Below, one piece after another: positions 55,566 to 58,045 of a stretch of DNA of 58,045 nucleotides. The DNA lies in contig MFCS01000029.1 in the NCBI GenBank assembly GCA_001776975.1, forward strand, positions 1-58,045. The letters are read 5' to 3'. The first letter of the stretch is position 1; every line of letters begins with the position of its first letter. The notes below the pieces were generated by a model. It was not told where the DNA came from. It worked only from the letters and a program-made list of their open reading frames with translations, and searched no databases. The DNA comes from Candidatus Daviesbacteria bacterium RIFCSPHIGHO2_01_FULL_41_45 (lineage in GTDB: Bacteria; Patescibacteriota; Microgenomatia; Daviesbacterales; UBA10151). Made by a program: the position numbers and the translations under genes.

Positions 55566-58045
55566 ATGGAAGATAACTCTGCCCCAGGCTCAACAGAATT
55601 AAGCACAGATGATTTAGACAGCTCTCTGGCTGATTTAACTGCAGGAATTAAACAAACTGCTCAAGCCCCACAGGTAACTCAGCCACCAAAACCAGAGTCT
55701 ACCTCTCCAGATCCCAATAATTTAGTGGATCAACTGGCTAAAGTACAAGACCTCCAGGCAAAATTAGGAGGAATTAAGGCTGCAGCAGGAAACCTGGATC
55801 GTCCTAAAAGAGAGCCCCCGCCAGTTCCATATGAAGAAGAGATTGTTAATGCCCGGATAGATGGAATACGGGGAATGTTAGATAGCCAAGATGCTCAAGG
55901 CAGACGGATAGAAGATATGGCCAGTCAGATATTAGCTGATCATTCAAGACCGGACGAAAGGGTTACGCCAGAGGTTGTACTACCAGCAGAACCGGAGTTG
56001 CCTTTGGATAGGGAAGCAACTGATGATTCTAATTTACCAGAATTTTTACGTACACTACGATTCCCACGGGAAGCTGGGAATGAGCCTGGAGAAAGAGCAA
56101 GGGCTATTCAACCAAGGCCGTTGCCCAGGGTTGTTCATAGGCCAACTGACATACCTGAATCAGTTGAGTCTACTACTGAATCGGCTATTAGGCCGGAGAG
56201 ACCTCTAGACGAATGGGCGATTGTTGAACAGCAGATTGCAGAGGACATAGCAAATAATAGATTTCCAGAAGGTGTTAGCTATGATGAAGAGATTGAACGT
56301 AGATTAAGAGAGGCTGGAGTGTCGGAGGATCAAATAGACGAGCGGTGTTGGACGGTTCATCAGATAACAGTACGAATGGAGAGAGAGGAAGAAGCGGTTT
56401 GGGCATTACAGAATTACGATCGTAATAGCATGATCACCGATGATTCGGTAAGAAGGGCTTTGCAATATGCTAGTTTCTTTCCTGAAGAAATCAATAATGA
56501 GCTGATCCAAGAGGTTGGGCATAGGGCTTTAAATGAGAGGCGGGTCCAAGCTGGTATTACCACACCCCTCCCACCATTAGATAAAGAAGCTGATCAGCCA
56601 GAATCAACAGGTACTCCTCCCTTAGATCAGGTTGATGCTGAGATTGATAGAGCCTTGGAGGATTTGGATCAAGAACCTGGAGCTGTAACAACAACTGAGG
56701 TACCTCTAACTCCGGAGGCAGTAGAGTTAATAAACAATGTAGATCATGGGGGTGGAGTTCCAGCCTTTATTAGTAGAAGACTAGAGAACATTGCCAATGA
56801 GAATGGGATTATTATCTCTGGTTCAGATACCCCCAACGAGGTGATTAATAGATTGAGGGCAAGACAGGGAGCTCCTGCTGGTACAACCACAGGAGATACT
56901 TCACCTCTGCCTAGAATCAATGTTCCCAGAACCTCTCCTCCTATTCCAGCCAGAGAACCGGAGAATCCATCAGCCCAGGAGAGAAGAGGAGGGGTGGGAG
57001 GATTTTTAGGAGGGTTATTTGGAAGAAGAAACAGAGGAACGGGTGAGGTTCCCCCTCCGCCAGTTGTACCTCCACCACCCATTCCACCAACGGTAGCTGG
57101 ATCAGGTGGGGAGATCGATGGACTAAATCCCGTAGATAGACTGGATTCTATTTTGGAACAATGGACCGCTTATAGAGACAGCTCTACCGGTGCCAGGGGC
57201 AGATTAGACCTACCAGCTTGGGCAGAAAGATATCTTAATGATAAAACAGGTAGTGAGATTTATGATCTGCCAGCTAAAGAGGGTCAGAGAAAAGAAGATG
57301 CCCTAAATCGAGATAAGAGGATCCAAAATGAGGTAAAGACCAGATATAAAGGTGTTCACCATATATTAAATGAGCTTCCAGCGAATAAACGGACTGAGTA
57401 TCTGGGGAAGTTAAAAGCCCTGTTAAATGATAAAGATTATCAGGGGATTGTGAATTATCAGGAATCTACGGGTCAGCCACCAATTGAACAGACCGGAAAT
57501 CCTTATGGTAAGAAGGCATTTGCAGATAATCTGACTTTACTTAACCAATTAAGCACTAAGGAGGCAGAGAAACAGTTATTAAAGGATGTGGGGTTACAAA
57601 AAAGGAAATCTGATGTTCAAAGAGCGATAGCTGAATATCTAAATCAGGTGGATTTTTTTACTAGCAATACTCCCACCAAGGAGTGGTTAGATAAATTACC
57701 ATCCCAATTTAGGACTCAGATATTAAGTAGATTAAGAGGGATGGGAGATTTTCAAGGAAGCGTTTGGAGCTGGAAAGATGGGGTTCCAGAGCCCTGGAGA
57801 AATTTCTATGAAACCTACTTTAATAGGCTACAAGATTTGGTGAGAAAACCCGGTGATCCCTGGGATGACGTTAGAAAAAGTCTACCAGATACAGCTCCCA
57901 TAACTCCTCCAGCTCCAATTCAACCCCCTCCACCTTTGCCCAGAGTTCCCAGGGCTCCTGAACCCGTTCCAACTCCAGAAAATCGCCAAGGGAGTATCCT
58001 CTCTCAGAGAGATATAGACGCCTTATTGGCTGCACTTCCTCCAGA
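55566..58045 (+). CDS. Large proline-rich hypothetical protein (more than 826 aa; 3' end outside the window); absent from the supplied ORF track
   Basis: I translated frame 3 codon by codon from ATG 55566 to nt 58045 and found no stop. An in-frame TGA lies just upstream, about 15 nt before the ATG. It has poly-Pro tracts (EVPPPPVVPPPPIPP, PPAPIQPPPPLPRVPRAP) and ends with SILSQRDIDALLAAL. Confidence 0.75.
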   Translation, partial: MEDNSAPGSTELSTDDLDSSLADLTAGIKQTAQAPQVTQPPKPESTSPDPNNLVDQLAKVQDLQAKLGGIKAAAGNLDRPKREPPPVPYEEEIVNARIDGIRGMLDSQDAQGRRIEDMASQILADHSRPDERVTPEVVLPAEPELPLDREATDDSNLPEFLRTLRFPREAGNEPGERARAIQPRPLPRVVHRPTDIPESVESTTESAIRPERPLDEWAIVEQQIAEDIANNRFPEGVSYDEEIERRLREAGVSEDQIDERCWTVHQITVRMEREEEAVWALQNYDRNSMITDDSVRRALQYASFFPEEINNELIQEVGHRALNERRVQAGITTPLPPLDKEADQPESTGTPPLDQVDAEIDRALEDLDQEPGAVTTTEVPLTPEAVELINNVDHGGGVPAFISRRLENIANENGIIISGSDTPNEVINRLRARQGAPAGTTTGDTSPLPRINVPRTSPPIPAREPENPSAQERRGGVGGFLGGLFGRRNRGTGEVPPPPVVPPPPIPPTVAGSGGEIDGLNPVDRLDSILEQWTAYRDSSTGARGRLDLPAWAERYLNDKTGSEIYDLPAKEGQRKEDALNRDKRIQNEVKTRYKGVHHILNELPANKRTEYLGKLKALLNDKDYQGIVNYQESTGQPPIEQTGNPYGKKAFADNLTLLNQLSTKEAEKQLLKDVGLQKRKSDVQRAIAEYLNQVDFFTSNTPTKEWLDKLPSQFRTQILSRLRGMGDFQGSVWSWKDGVPEPWRNFYETYFNRLQDLVRKPGDPWDDVRKSLPDTAPITPPAPIQPPPPLPRVPRAPEPVPTPENRQGSILSQRDIDALLAALPP

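Noticed and set aside
55975-57082. Track ORFs 55975..56208(+) and 56744..57082(-)
   Set aside because: They are alternative-frame shadows of the uninterrupted long ORF that starts at 55566. The minus-strand one is a Gly/Pro-rich mirror of the poly-Pro tract.

Overview
Gene-dense, AT-rich bacterial fragment using the standard genetic code. It holds about 49 protein-coding genes, with short or overlapping junctions. The hallmarks fit a reduced-genome Candidate Phyla Radiation (Patescibacteria)-type organism; that assignment is inference. Left to right: (1) a SucC-like/SucD-like/short citrate-synthase-like trio; (2) housekeeping genes (trpS, ftsH, a short polA, mutM, recF, an ATP-dependent DNA ligase, pth); (3) a minus-strand glycosylation operon (DUF2298 membrane protein, GT2, three tandem GT-C paralogs, an FAD oxidoreductase); (4) a 16S rRNA gene split by a group I intron that encodes a double-motif LAGLIDADG endonuclease; (5) tRNA-Cys and tRNA-Ile(GAU) on the opposite strand; (6) about 10.7 kb of protein genes (GT-C-like membrane protein, metzincin-like protease, sigma-70, pgk, O-antigen-ligase-like protein, LamG/Cys-repeat protein, gap); (7) tRNA-Ala(UGC) and a 23S rRNA gene of about 4.4 kb carrying a helix-45 intervening sequence with a four-helix-bundle ORF, a LAGLIDADG-encoding group I intron and an ORF-less group I intron; (8) a cluster of large unassigned genes. 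That cluster ends in an ORF of more than 826 codons (55566 to the window end) that is missing from the supplied ORF track and finishes with a FliM-like ILSQxDIDALL motif. The observations I rate highest are: the three sequence-related rRNA introns; the split rRNA operon with an inverted tRNA-Ile; a recurrent -10 hexamer 6-10 nt before start codons, which suggests leaderless mRNAs; a conserved N-terminal leader shared by two secreted proteins; a DsbA-like protein whose two halves are in swapped order; and the terminal cluster of unassigned genes. All coordinates were read by eye and no searches were run, so RNA boundaries are good to only a few nt.
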